DNA from: Paraspadella gotoi
Lineage: Eukaryota; Animalia; Chaetognatha
Assembly: GCA_051294375.1 (NCBI GenBank)
Contig: CM119268.1
Span: 21,387,048-21,451,047, forward strand
Direction of reading: 5' to 3'
Length of the DNA: 64,000 bases
The notes under the pieces are model-generated. The model searched no databases and was not told where the DNA came from. It saw only the letters and a program-made list of their open reading frames with translations. This document shows positions 51,906 through 64,000 of this stretch, piece after piece (position 1 is the first letter of the stretch; the number at the start of each line of letters is the position of its first letter). Position numbers and translations under genes: made by a program.

Positions 51906-51931
<26 letters not shown>

Positions 51932-52092
51932 GTAAGAGGGAGAAGAGGAAATGGAGGGAGAAGGGGAAGAAGATAAAGAAACGCTTTGCAGGTGAGAGGG
52001 GGAAGAGGAAATGGAGGGAGAAGGGGAAGAAAATAAAGAAACGCTTTGCAGGTGAGAGGGGGAAGAGGAAATGGAGGGAGATGGGGAAGAAG
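51906..52092 (+). repeat. 60-bp tandem triplication spanning the exon 22 end and donor
   Basis: aagataaagaaacgctttgcaggtgagagggggaagaggaaatggagggagaaggggaag recurs at 60-bp spacing. Confidence 0.85.
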
Positions 52093-52311
52093 ATAAATAC
52101 AGAGGATGATCCTTTTCCCTAATCCTAATCAAAATCCCTAACCGAATTTTTAACCTAATATCTATCCACAACCCTAGTTTTTAAACTAACTAAAATTCTG
52201 AAATTAATCTTAAATGGGTCACTTTTCCAAAATAATAATCGCAAAACCGCTAGTTTTTACGATAAATCGTTCAAAAAAAAATCTTAAAAGCATAAGGAAT
52301 CGAGCCTACTT

Positions 52312-52336
52312 NNNNNNNNNNNNNNNNNNNNNNNNN
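52312..52336. other. Assembly gap (25 N)
   Basis: Exactly 25 N. Confidence 1.
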
Positions 52337-53588
52337 GAAACCTAAGACCACGACCGGTTCAGGCTTCTATTAATTGTTTTAGCGTGGTTCTTCTTTGTGA
52401 CGTCTGTTTCGCTGTCGTCTCGTGAACGGCCGGTTCACGCAGTGTTTTCGCATATATAAAAACTACTACGCTTTTATAGTTTTGGCTGTGACTTACCGTT
52501 TTTTTTAAAATAAAATTATTATGAATTATGATAAAGTTTTACAAAAGGTGTGTGCGATCATAGTAAGTTAAAAATTTAGATATGGCTTTCTCATCTTGAA
52601 ATAGCTGTGATATATTTTCATATTACATTTGGATTTAAGTATTTTTTGTTTGAATTTCCACTTCATATTGATTTACTGCAACTATGCAAATGAATTATAG
52701 ATCTCATTATATCATCAATTAGTATATAGAAATGCTTTAAGCTAATTTACATATTGCGCATAGATAATATGAAATGTGAAATTCAAAAAATTTTTTTTAA
52801 AATTTCTAATAAAAATGGGAACATCAAAGGATTTTTATAATAGAGTAAACAAATACAATTAGATAAAAAAATAAAATAAAATCTTTTACAAGCTCGATGA
52901 AAAATTGGAAAAATTTCCAATTGTAAACCATTGTAACGACATTTTTTGCCTTTCTTTTATTATTTTTTATATATATATATATTTTTTTTAGCGCTGCTTT
53001 TCTGAATCGTTTAAAACGAGTTCAGTTCTCTCTGTCTCTCTTTGTGTGCGGATCTCTGACGTGATCGTTCGTTTTTTGAAAAATCTGATTATTTTTTTCT
53101 TTCTAAAAACATATATATTTTGATCAGGCGCTGCCCTTTTCTAATCGTTAAAAAAAACGAGTTCAGGTCTCTCTCTCTCTCCCTCCGTCTCCCTCCGTCT
53201 CGCTCTCTCTCTCTCTCTCTCTCTCTGCCTCTCTCTTCTCTCTCTTTTTTTTTACAAAAAAAATATTATTCACTTTGTTTTACCACCGTTTTTGAAAAAT
53301 TCTTATTATTTCTTTCCTTCTAAAAACTTTTATTATCGCCATTTATTCCGCGCTCTTCTCTCAATACAAAATCCCAAATTTACATCTGAGATTTTCGTGG
53401 ATTTTTTTGAGAAATGTGAAGAATAACTAACTTCACCTGGATTTCGTGGCCGTTGCGGGGCAACGAGTAAACAATGTCGAGGAACATGACCTAATAACGC
53501 GTTACGTGTATAAAAAAATCAACTTGACCGGATCACGCCGATATAAACAAGAGTGACCTAATATTGCGTATCGTTGGCGGGAAAACTT

Positions 53589-53683
<95 letters not shown>

Positions 53684-53745
53684 TCTCCTCTTTTTTTTTT
53701 TACAAAAAAAATTTATTCACTTGTAAACGAGTAAACACGTGTTCC

Positions 53746-53784
<39 letters not shown>

Positions 53785-53992
53785 CTCTCTCTCTTCTATC
53801 TATCGCCTTCTCTCTCTTTCTCTCTTTTCTATCTCTTTTTTTTGTACAAAATAATTTTTAGTCACCTTTTTTTTACCTCCGTCACTGCGCGACGAGTAAA
53901 CGAGTTCCGGCTCTCTCTATCTCTCTCTCTCTCTCTCTTTTTTTTTTTACAAAAAAAAAATTTTTTAGTCACTTTTTTTCACTCTCTCTCTT

Positions 53993-54023
<31 letters not shown>

Positions 54024-54718
54024 ATGTACGACCGTTCGTTTTTTGAAAAATTCTTATTATTTTTTCCTTCTAAAAACTTTTATTATCGCCATTTATTTTT
54101 TTTCTCTATACAAAATCCCAAATTTACATCCGAGATTTTCATGGATTCCTTTTAGAAAAAAGGAAAAATAACTTATAATGCAGGCAATGTCACATGTACA
54201 TCAGCTTGCTGCTGTACATATAGCTGCTATATGTCCGGCAATTGCGCGGATTAATTTAATTACATATAAAACTTTCTAACAAAAAATTTTTTTTGTTTTT
54301 TGTTTATTACTGTAACTTGGACCGGTCGCCCACTATTGGCAAATTATATCTAAAATAGGAGTTGAGAAGAGAGATATTGTCAAATTAAAACTTACTTTTT
54401 TGTTATTCTAATAATTTTTACAATTTTAAAATTGTAAATTTTTTTTAGTGTATATATTTAATCATTTTTATTCTTTTTTAAAATAATAATTATTTGAGTT
54501 GGATAATATTTATAAAATTAGTTAAATATGCAAATATGAAATTTGACCTCGGTCTGGTTTCTTCTTAAAAAAAAGAACAATCTAAATTTCATTCAAAGGA
54601 AAGGAAAAGAGTTCGTCCCTACTCAGATACGTCGAAAAACGAGTTCAGCTCTGCAGGGCGGTCCAGTTCTGATTATACTTTATATAAACGAGAGTGAAAA
54701 CTGACCAGGCCTCTCTCA

Positions 54719-54756
<38 letters not shown>

Positions 54757-54787
54757 ATTCATACACGCATTTGTTTGTTTTATTTAC

Positions 54788-55005
54788 GATGAATGACTCA
54801 TCGCGTCAATGAATGACTATCATCGCATCAATGAATGATTATCTCAATATCAATGAATGATTATCATCACATCAATAATGACTATCATCGCATCAATCAT
54901 TTGATTATCATCACATCAGTTATTTTATTATCATCGCATCAATTATTGGTTATCATCGCATCAATATTATGGTTATCATCGCATCGAAATATTTGGTTAT
55001 CATCA
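54788..55005. repeat. ~22-bp minisatellite (atgaatgactatcatcgcatca), in reversed orientation
   Basis: Tandem degenerate units; its right end is the reverse complement of 63961-64000. Confidence 0.75.
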
Positions 55006-58000
55006 AAAGTAGGCTCGATTCCTTATGCTTTTAAGATTTTTTTTTTGAACGATTTATCGTAAAAACTAGCGTTTTGCGATTATATTTTTGGAAAAGTGAC
55101 CCATTTATAGACGAGGAGACGAGTTCGGCTCGAAGGAGAATAATCAGATTTTCGTCGATTTTCCGTTCAAAAATGGTTCCTTCAAAAAGTATATAGTCAG
55201 CCCACTACGAAGTTGTGGGGAATATGGGCATATTTCGAAAGCGCTGGGGTCTTGGGAAGACGAACTGGGGGGAGCGCGTGGGAGAAATATTTTAACATTT
55301 TAGTAATTTAAAAGGTTCAATAAGAGGACAGGTTTGTGCCTTTTTTTTTGAGATGTTCTTTTTTTCCCTACTGCCGTATCCATAATTAAAACAAAAGTAA
55401 TGGTATGGCTACAGATAATGATAGACCACTGTCTTGCTTCAATTCGAGTATATAATGATATGTGTAAATTCTTAGCAAGCTTGCTCTGCATATATATAAG
55501 CAATCAAATAAACTGGTTTTCAGTTGTATTTTATGACCTCGTGCCCATGGAGATAAAGATTTCAAGTTAATCAGCTGTTAGATAGGTTTGAACTTTACTT
55601 TGAATGGGGGTCGAGCGCGGGAAATAAATTTTGAATAATTAATATTAATCAAAGATTAAATCAAATGGCATGATTTTTTTCCAGGATTAAATCCGCTTAA
55701 GATTCTTTGTTTATGCTCTGTTCGCGGCGCCGTATTGAATTTGCGCAGTGAATTCTTAAAGTTTCTTTGTGCGCCTGTGCAAGCCTCGGAGAGCCTCATG
55801 GTCATGCGTGATGGCTTCGCGATCTTTGTTGAGCGAATCGCTTTGGATGATCACCTGCTCGACAGCGATTCGGGTCAGATCCGCGTTCTCGTTTCTTAGC
55901 AATTGGCGTTTTCCACATAGTTAACAGGCTTTTGGCAAGAGAATAATAAGATTATTTTTTATCTGTACTGAATTATACAAAGTGCTATTTTTGCTCCTAG
56001 ATTTTTCAGTTAGAATAATTCTTCGAGTTTTATTAAACCATCGACCGTAGAAATAAGAGGGAGACGCGCTGAATCGGAGGTAATATTTTTTCTCTTATCT
56101 CCAATTTTATCGTTAATCACGCTAATAATAAGGCAATACTGTCTTTATCTTTACACATTAGTCATTAGTGTAATTAATTCTTAATTTCCGAGAGATGGTA
56201 AAGGAAAAAATGATGTTAAAACAGTTAAAAATAACCCCCAACGGTGAGCGATGTTGAACGTGCTGTTCTCGACGGGACGGTAACAGCTTTTTCCCTCCCG
56301 TGACAGTCAAAGATTGCTTAAAGTAAAATAAGACGCGGCATTACTAACTTTTCGCCCTTTTTTCCCCTTTTGCCCCCCGGACTTTTCGCGACCTGAATCA
56401 GTTGTAAAGCGATATTATCCTAATTATTTGGTGCCGTCTCGATCGGCGAGATTGGTTGTCCGCCGATGAGGATAATTGAGAGACGATAGACGTCCAAGAG
56501 AAGAGACGACGGTTCAACCTCTTTTCCGCGCTGCGATTACTGTGGGCAACGTTGGAAAATGCCACGGTGGGAACGCACGTGGTTGGCCGCCACGAGCGTC
56601 AAAACCAGTAAGTTAGGGTTAAGGTTGAAATTAGCTTAGGTTAAAATGAGGGTTAAGGTAAGTTCGCGATTTGGGCCTTAAGTTAAGTTAAGTTATGTTT
56701 TCCTGGGCCAGTTTTGATTGATTAGGCGATATTTTTTTCGGCCTTTTAAGCTGGAAAGCTCGTATTCCAAGAGATTAAACCGTTTTACAAGTTTTCCAAT
56801 GGTATATTGTGGCAAGAAGGAATTACAGAATAGATATTTAATATATAATTAAGACTTCTTCTAAAGGTTATAAAGCGCTAAATACGCCGACGGTAAGCTC
56901 CCGGCTCAAGAGAAGTGAAAGATACATAAAACCCTTTCTACATTAATATTATAATTCTTGATATGTAAGATGGGTTTTTGATATATACAATAAAAAATAG
57001 AAAAAGAGAATATGTGATTGATTCTATTTGTAGTTATATAGGTTTATATTAGCTGGAACAGAGTGTATTATGTGGAAAAAAAATTAACAATTCAAATATA
57101 TTATTAACTTTGGCTATTTAACTCGTAGCTGTATCGGCGATATTTCGCTGTTCTTTCTCAAGTACTGCACGGTGGGGGCCTCGAGCGTCTTGCTCCGTAT
57201 TTCTAAGCTGTGAAAAGAAGCTGGGATTGAGACGTCCGAATCTTCGATTAGTCCGTTAAATTCGCAAATTGCCGGATGCTCCCATCTCAAGTCACTGAGA
57301 TCTGGTTAGAGCAGCATGCCGACAACAAACTGGTTCTTGAGCGACGGCTAATCTGGGTGTTATTATCTAGATAACGTTGCCTCTCTCGAGATCTTCCACC
57401 TCTGTGTCAATTTCTTCAGTGCCTCTCACAATCTTTTCTCGAACGTCCGAAACACGTGTGCTTTTATACATCATTTGTGCTGCCTTCGTGCTTACAACTT
57501 ATGTTACAAAATTGGCCGACGATCAATGTTTCAACAATCACTCCGTTCATTTTTGCCCTCTTCTCACTCTCAACTCATATATCAAAATGCTATCTTATTG
57601 TTTCCCTTATAATGTTTACCAAACAACTTTGCGCAAAATAAATTTCTACTCGTACACTCTGCCCTGTGCGGCTTCAACCTTTCTGTCTCGAATTACCTCA
57701 CCATATAGCCAAATCTCTCTGTAAACCCACATTTGTAACATACAACGTATACATATGCCTTATCGTACGCCGTGCGCAGAGCATGATTAAGGCCTTCTTT
57801 AACAGACTCCTCCTCGACATATATAATGCACATAATATTGTGCCCTTCATATAATTCCATAATAAATCCTCAAATTTGTATGTGTCCATTACTCTCGTTT
57901 TTCATTCTTCCTATCTTCAAATATATAAATAAGGACTGAAGCTGGTTAATAGAGATATGTAATTATGTAATCTGCTGAATTCATTTTGTTCAGGAAGAGA

Positions 58001-60414
58001 CTGCATACTGATCCCCGAGTTGGCGAGCGCTGGCCACAGCAAATTATTACCCAACGAGTCCGTAGCAAGCGACTGGAGAGCGTTAGATTTTCGAGAGCCA
58101 TGAGAGATTTGCATATTGCGGGAATGATTTGTTGAGTATTCGATAGGTCTCTTGGTGTTTAAGGAGGTATAATTATTAAATGAGAAATTAATTACCTTTG
58201 TCGTATTTCAATAAAACATACAATAATTACAGGTTGAGTGAATTACTTATAATTGAGTAGAAATGATGGTAGGATAATACGTTTAGAGAAAAAGTTTGTC
58301 TCGTAATAATACCTTCTATGCGTCAATTTTTAACCTCTGCTGATTAATCCTGATAGTTCATACCAAAGTAGAAACTTGCTTGCCCGGAAGAAACCATATT
58401 TTTATGGGCTTTTTGGAAGCCATTAGTTATTCTAAATAATTTTGCACAAATAAAAACTTTGAAACTCAAACATCTTCTCGTTTTTTTGCTTCCTTAAACT
58501 CAGCGTAATTCCTTTGACGGACGAAGCCGAATAGAAAAGATTATTTCAATATCAAGTCTGTTTTTTGATATACAAATTCATCATGACTATCGTTAAGTTG
58601 GAGATTTTGGGTTGAACTTAAATGACTCACGCCCCGATGGCTAGTTCTTTAAGTTAAAAATGTTTAGGGACCTATTAGAAGACTTGGCAGGCCGATCGAA
58701 GAATTGGGTCAATGTCATTCTTTTTGTATGTTCCCTCTTTCCACTGACTCTCCCACACATTGTGTGGGGACATCTCCACCGAGTTATATTTGATTGATTA
58801 TTCAGCATCGCCCATCCTGAATTCGAGGAGGCTGAAGAGTTAATCTCATGGGCGAATTCGAATGAGATCCCTTACTTGTTCAAGTTTAAATTTTTCTGAT
58901 CACTCAGATGAAATATTAATTTTATATGTAATCGCGTGTGACATGATAAAATCGAGAGAAAATGCATGAAGTAATCCATGTCAAAAACTTTTAATACGAC
59001 CCTTATTCGTCCTGGTTAGATTGTAATAGGAGATATTATTAATATTTGAGTAAATACTTAATGGAAAATTGTTAAGAGACAGTAGAATATGATATTAAGT
59101 TATAATTGCTGGCATTAAGCAACAAAATATCGAGATGACAAGTCTGATTATGATTTCGAGCTTCGAATTCCGATCGCTCCGTTATGTTTCTATTCTATAG
59201 GGCCCCGAAACCGTAGCATTCTTCTCGTTACTCGGTGGCTCATAGTACAAAATCCTTATGGAACCAAAAATCGAATCCCTTAACATGGAGGGTCGCACTG
59301 AGAGTTACGCGAGGAAGCGATTTTGGGTAGTGACAGGACAAGAGAGAGAGATGGGAGACCCAGTGTCGTTTTTGCCTGCCAATAAAATTTATGGAAAATA
59401 GTTTCGGACTGGACCGGATTTTGACTGAGATATATATATGACGAATGGAGAAAGCGCTCGAGAAATCATGGAGAACAATTCGTCGCATATTCTCAAGAGT
59501 TTCTTTGCTGGAAACAGTGACAAAATAACGCAATATTCATTTAGTGAGACGAACAAGAATGAGTTTTTTAGAATAAGAACTACTGTGTTAGTGTACGTCG
59601 TACTTAGCGTGAGCCGATTATAAGATTAATTTCAGGAATGTTTAGTTAGTTTAAAAACTAGGGGTTGTTGGATAGATAATAGTATCATTGGATTAAATTA
59701 AATTCGGGCCAAACTCTCAGAGAGAGAAAAGATGTTATTGATAGGATTAGGGAAATGGATCATCCTCATGATATTGTCTGTCTTCCCATCTTCGCCCTTC
59801 CATTTCCTCTCCCCCTCTCACCCGTGATAGAGTGAGGAACAAAAAGAGGTGCGTGAGATTGAGAGAGAGAGAGTAGAGAGAGAGATGATCTCCAGCCAGC
59901 GCATATTCGTTATATACTGCCGCAGAGATCTTACCCTCTTCGTGAGTTGCATGCATCCCGACTGCTCCTATCTCGTGCTCCCCCTCCCGATATTTCACGC
60001 ACTAGCCTATGCCTTCGTGCTCTACTCACCCCTCCGGCCTGTCAACTCTTTGCTACACCTGCCAGCAATGCGCCAGTCCATGAAACTGGTAGATTTTTCG
60101 TTTCTATTTTGACTGGCTCTCCGGAACCTTGCTCCCTCCATTTCCTCCTGGATCCGACCTGACTGATAGACCCCAATAGACATATTTGATGCGCATTGAT
60201 GTCTTCTTCTTGGACTCCTCCAATCCCGCGATCGCAGCCGCGAGGCCTGACCCGGCTTCGCCGGTCAAGGCTCGATAACAATTTTACAAAATTGCTTCTA
60301 CTAACGATGTCTTCAAACGACTTTCTATTTCCGCCCACGAAAAAAAAAATATTGGTCTCTGATTGGTTTCTCTTAAGGCTTATTGCGTCATACTTGACGA
60401 AAGAGAAAGAAAGG

Positions 60415-60484
<70 letters not shown>

Positions 60485-61229
60485 GAATGGATCCATGAAA
60501 ATTCGCGATAAGATTTTGACGACGAAAAAAGACATCGAGATTTCCTTAGGATTTCCTTGTGAGGATTTTTTGGTCACTCCTCAGATTTCGGGAGATTTTC
60601 ATTCATTTTTTTCACTTTTTTGTTTTTCTTTCATCATCTGTTGTCTATCGATCACACAACACTTCACTCGTTCTTCTATGTAGGGAATATGGATTGAGTG
60701 TGGATACGTAAATATTTTAACTAATTTTTTAAAGAGAAATCGAAGTTTATTCGTTTACAAACAACAGGTTTTTCATTCCTAAAAAAAGGACAATTTTCGA
60801 ATCTTTTTCGAGGCGACATCAGTGTCCGTTATATTTCTTTTTAACCCGTTGTTTTTAAACAAACTTTTTCTCTTTAACAAAAACGCAACGAAAAGAAAAA
60901 CTTAACACAAACTCACGTTTGTAAAATTTCTTAATTTTTAAATTTTTTTAAAAACATTTCTCACTTTTAAATTTATTTTCTTCTTCCAAAATCTGATTTT
61001 TTATTCTAATATCTGATATTTAATGATTTTTTATTCTAATATCACCCCTGGAGATTAAAGGGTCGCACGAACTCAGTTGAGAAAAGGAAAAAGTCAGGAA
61101 ATGTCGGTGAATTTTGTCGAGAACAGGCATCCTGGTTGTTGGCATCATGAATGAAAGCAAACTATTTTAACTATCTCTCTCTCTCTCTCTCTCTCTCTGA
61201 GGAACATAGACTTAATTATTGTATTAAAT

Positions 61230-62379
61230 GGAATCATTTAAAATCATGCGACTTAATTCTATCAGTCAATTCGCAATAAACATCGAAGGATTAGGTTTGG
61301 AAAAGGCTTTCATATAAATGAGCCAATCAATCAATCAAAAAATCAATTATATTTTTCTTTTTCTCTCCAGTATGGGCGTGCGTACAAGTTCTACACGTTG
61401 ATAAAGGGAGAGATGGAGTTGAAGAGAACAAGCCGAAGAGAGCAGAGAGAAGGAAAGCGATGAAAGAAGGTTTAATTATATCATGTGAATCGAGTATTAC
61501 GTCTGAATAAAGATTTCCCCTTGGGGTAGAGCAAAAGAAAGTATATAGGAACTATTTTTTAATATAGCCTTCGTATATTAATTAATTACGCCTTCAGAAG
61601 TTCTCTTTATGTAAAAAGACTAGTATTTTCTTTCGGTTAACCCTGAGGCAAGGATTAATACTTTTAAAAATTAAGCTTCAAAAGTATCATTTAAAAAATT
61701 TAAATTATATTTCTTTTTAATAACGTTTTAGGGATATCTTTGATGATGGCGAAAACGATTTGGAACAAGAATAGATTATCTCTACTAAAGACTCTAGGGG
61801 CTCATCCCCTTACTCGCCTCCCATGGGGGAAGCTTTTTTAGAGGCGATCAGATATATCTCGGATTATTAGGATTTCATGACGAACGGTGTTTTGCTTTTG
61901 CGTCCGTCGTCGTACGTCTTCGTCTGGATCAACATCACATCACATACGATCATCGCATCATCTATCATCATCATCATCATCACTCTATCAATCATTCATC
62001 ATCATCATCATCTTTATATCCTCGTAACTTCTCGCCATCAGGAAAATAGGAGAAAAACCTGGAAAAGCTAATTCATGAATGACAAAGGTTTTCACCGGAA
62101 AGTAGTGAAAGGCTTCGCTCTGATCGGCTTAAGTCTTACATAACGACTATTTCAACAACAGGATAACAACAACGACAAACATTTCCCTTCTCTTCCAGGT
62201 TTTCGAGAAATTTTCAAGACATGTTTGGCGACGCAGCGGTTGAGCAGCACGGCCGACTCGCGGAGGCGGAGAACGCCGGGCGTGCGAAACGATTGGCCGC
62301 TTTTGGGTGAGAGAGAGAGAGACGGAGGAGCGAGATATGAGCAAGAGAGAGAGAGAGAGAGAGAGAGTAAGAGGAGAGA

Positions 62380-62411
<32 letters not shown>

Positions 62412-63960
62412 TTAAATTGCGCGAAATAAAAAATAACGTGTCCCAAATGACAACAATATTAAGTAAGTGAATACGTTTTCTAATAATATCTCGTAGAGGA
62501 CTATTTATTATCACGACCTTCGAACTCCTTTTCTCATGCCTCTCGTCCTCCCTTACTCCCTCCTCCTCTTCCTCTCTCCTCGCCTGACCAGATGTTTCCT
62601 CTCACCCATAGCTCTTTCGCATCACCTTTCCACTCAACACAGAAAACGGATCTATCTCATATGTTTCTTCGTGGATTCGACATTCGAGGCTTGAATTAAC
62701 AGATTGACCACTAACCAAAAGACCAGGTGACCACATATCGCCTTGACCAGAAAACTATGACCACGACGACACATGACCGACTCTCGTTCTGATTTTTTTT
62801 TTTAATGATGGAAAGCGATTGCGTCAAACCGAAGGATAAAAATTATTGAGCTTATCTTTGACCTCACTTTTGACGGGAGGTGGGCTAGGCTTTCAATCCT
62901 ATCTTACTATTCAGGACTTGTCGCTCAGTCGAGTTATGACTCCCAGATTCATTGGCTTCGCTATCAAAATGTAATCAATTTTGAGAATTAAAGAATCCAG
63001 ACGGATATTTGCATAAAAGAGGATGCAGTGACAGAAAGTTATTTGCTAAAACAACGGAAACACTAACGACGACAACAAACATACGACGTAAATTCTCTTT
63101 TTTAGGCGGAGATACGAATCGATGGGAGTGACTGCAGTTGGAAGGCGGCACAGAAATCGTGGATGGCGACGATGTGTGGAAAAGATGTGGAGAAGAAAAG
63201 AGAAGACTATCGCGAAGAGAGATAGAGAGAGTGAGGGGAGAGAGAGGAGAGAAAGAGAAGAGAGAGGTGATAAGTTAGGGAACAGGACTGAGCGATACAT
63301 CGCGAGAGAGAGGTATAACGTGAGCAGAGGAGAAGTGGGGAATAAGGAGGGCGTAAGTGGCAGAGAATATGGCGTTCCTATATTCCATTTAATTTTTTTT
63401 TTCCTCTTTTCCTTTGCCCTCTTCCTTTCTTCGTCCTCTTTCTTCACAGGAAAGAAATGAAGAAAAATTGCAAAGAACAAAGAGGCAGGCGACAACAAAG
63501 AAAGGCGGCTGCCGATGCGGGATTGGAGGGAGTCTCAAGAAGAAGACAAAGGAATGGCTTTGGGGGTAAAGATTGGGAAAGAGGAAATTGCGAGGGAGAA
63601 TCGGGAAGAAGATAAAGGGAAACGCTTTGCAGGGTGCAGAGGGGAAGAGGAATGGAGGGAGAAGGGGGAAGAAAATAAAGAAACGCTTGTGCAGGTGGAG
63701 AGGGGAAGAGGAAATGGAGGAGATGGGGAAGAAGATAAATACAAGGACTGCATCCTTTTCCCTAATTTCCTAATCAAAATCCCTACGAATTTTTTAACCT
63801 AATATCTATCCACAACCCTAGTTTTTAAACTAACTAAAATTCTGAAATTTAATCTTAAATGGAGTCCACTTTTCCAAAAATAATAATCGCAAAACGCTAG
63901 TTTTTACGATAAATCGTTCAAAAAAAAAATCTTCAAAAGCATAAGGAATCGAGCCTACTT
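61230..63960 (+). pseudogene. Direct, error-rich copy of ~49690-52311 including myosin exons 19-22; probably an assembly artefact
   Basis: Exon copies at ~61371-61470, 62199-62306, 63106-63232 and 63450-63565, with dense indels spread evenly over exons and introns. Confidence 0.88.
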
Positions 63961-64000
63961 TTGTTTGATGATAACCAAATATTTGATCGATGATAACCAA

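Overview
Eukaryotic (animal, most likely invertebrate) genomic DNA: AT-rich, dense in microsatellites, with spliceosomal introns. Most ORFs in the supplied track are microsatellite artefacts, so I rebuilt genes by hand from splice sites and exon phases. The window holds: (1) a minus-strand C-type-lectin-domain gene (phase-compatible exons at 9980-10077, 9144-9244, 4387-4526, 421-499; runs off the left edge); (2) a 3-exon, ~152-aa four-transmembrane gene nested antisense in one of its introns (5150-7241); (3) a 2-exon, ~532-aa three-RRM RNA-binding gene with a TATA box (16705-18923); (4) two orphan exons (19739-20511); (5) a 22-exon, ~966-codon partial class II myosin heavy chain gene (22860-51931) with intact catalytic motifs but a divergent relay, SH1 helix, IQ1, head-rod junction and tail. 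Small elements include an 89-bp hAT-type MITE with an 8-bp TSD, two Penelope-type minimal hammerhead motifs, a tRNA-like SINE, a LINE 3' remnant, a multi-hairpin intronic element and several minisatellites. Exon 3' ends plus their donor sites are repeatedly duplicated into the next intron. A 7.1-kb inverted copy of myosin exons 12-17 and the noisy reversed and direct copies after 52337 both start at 25-N gaps and are probably long-read gap-filling artefacts. I found no prokaryotic-type system (CRISPR etc.).
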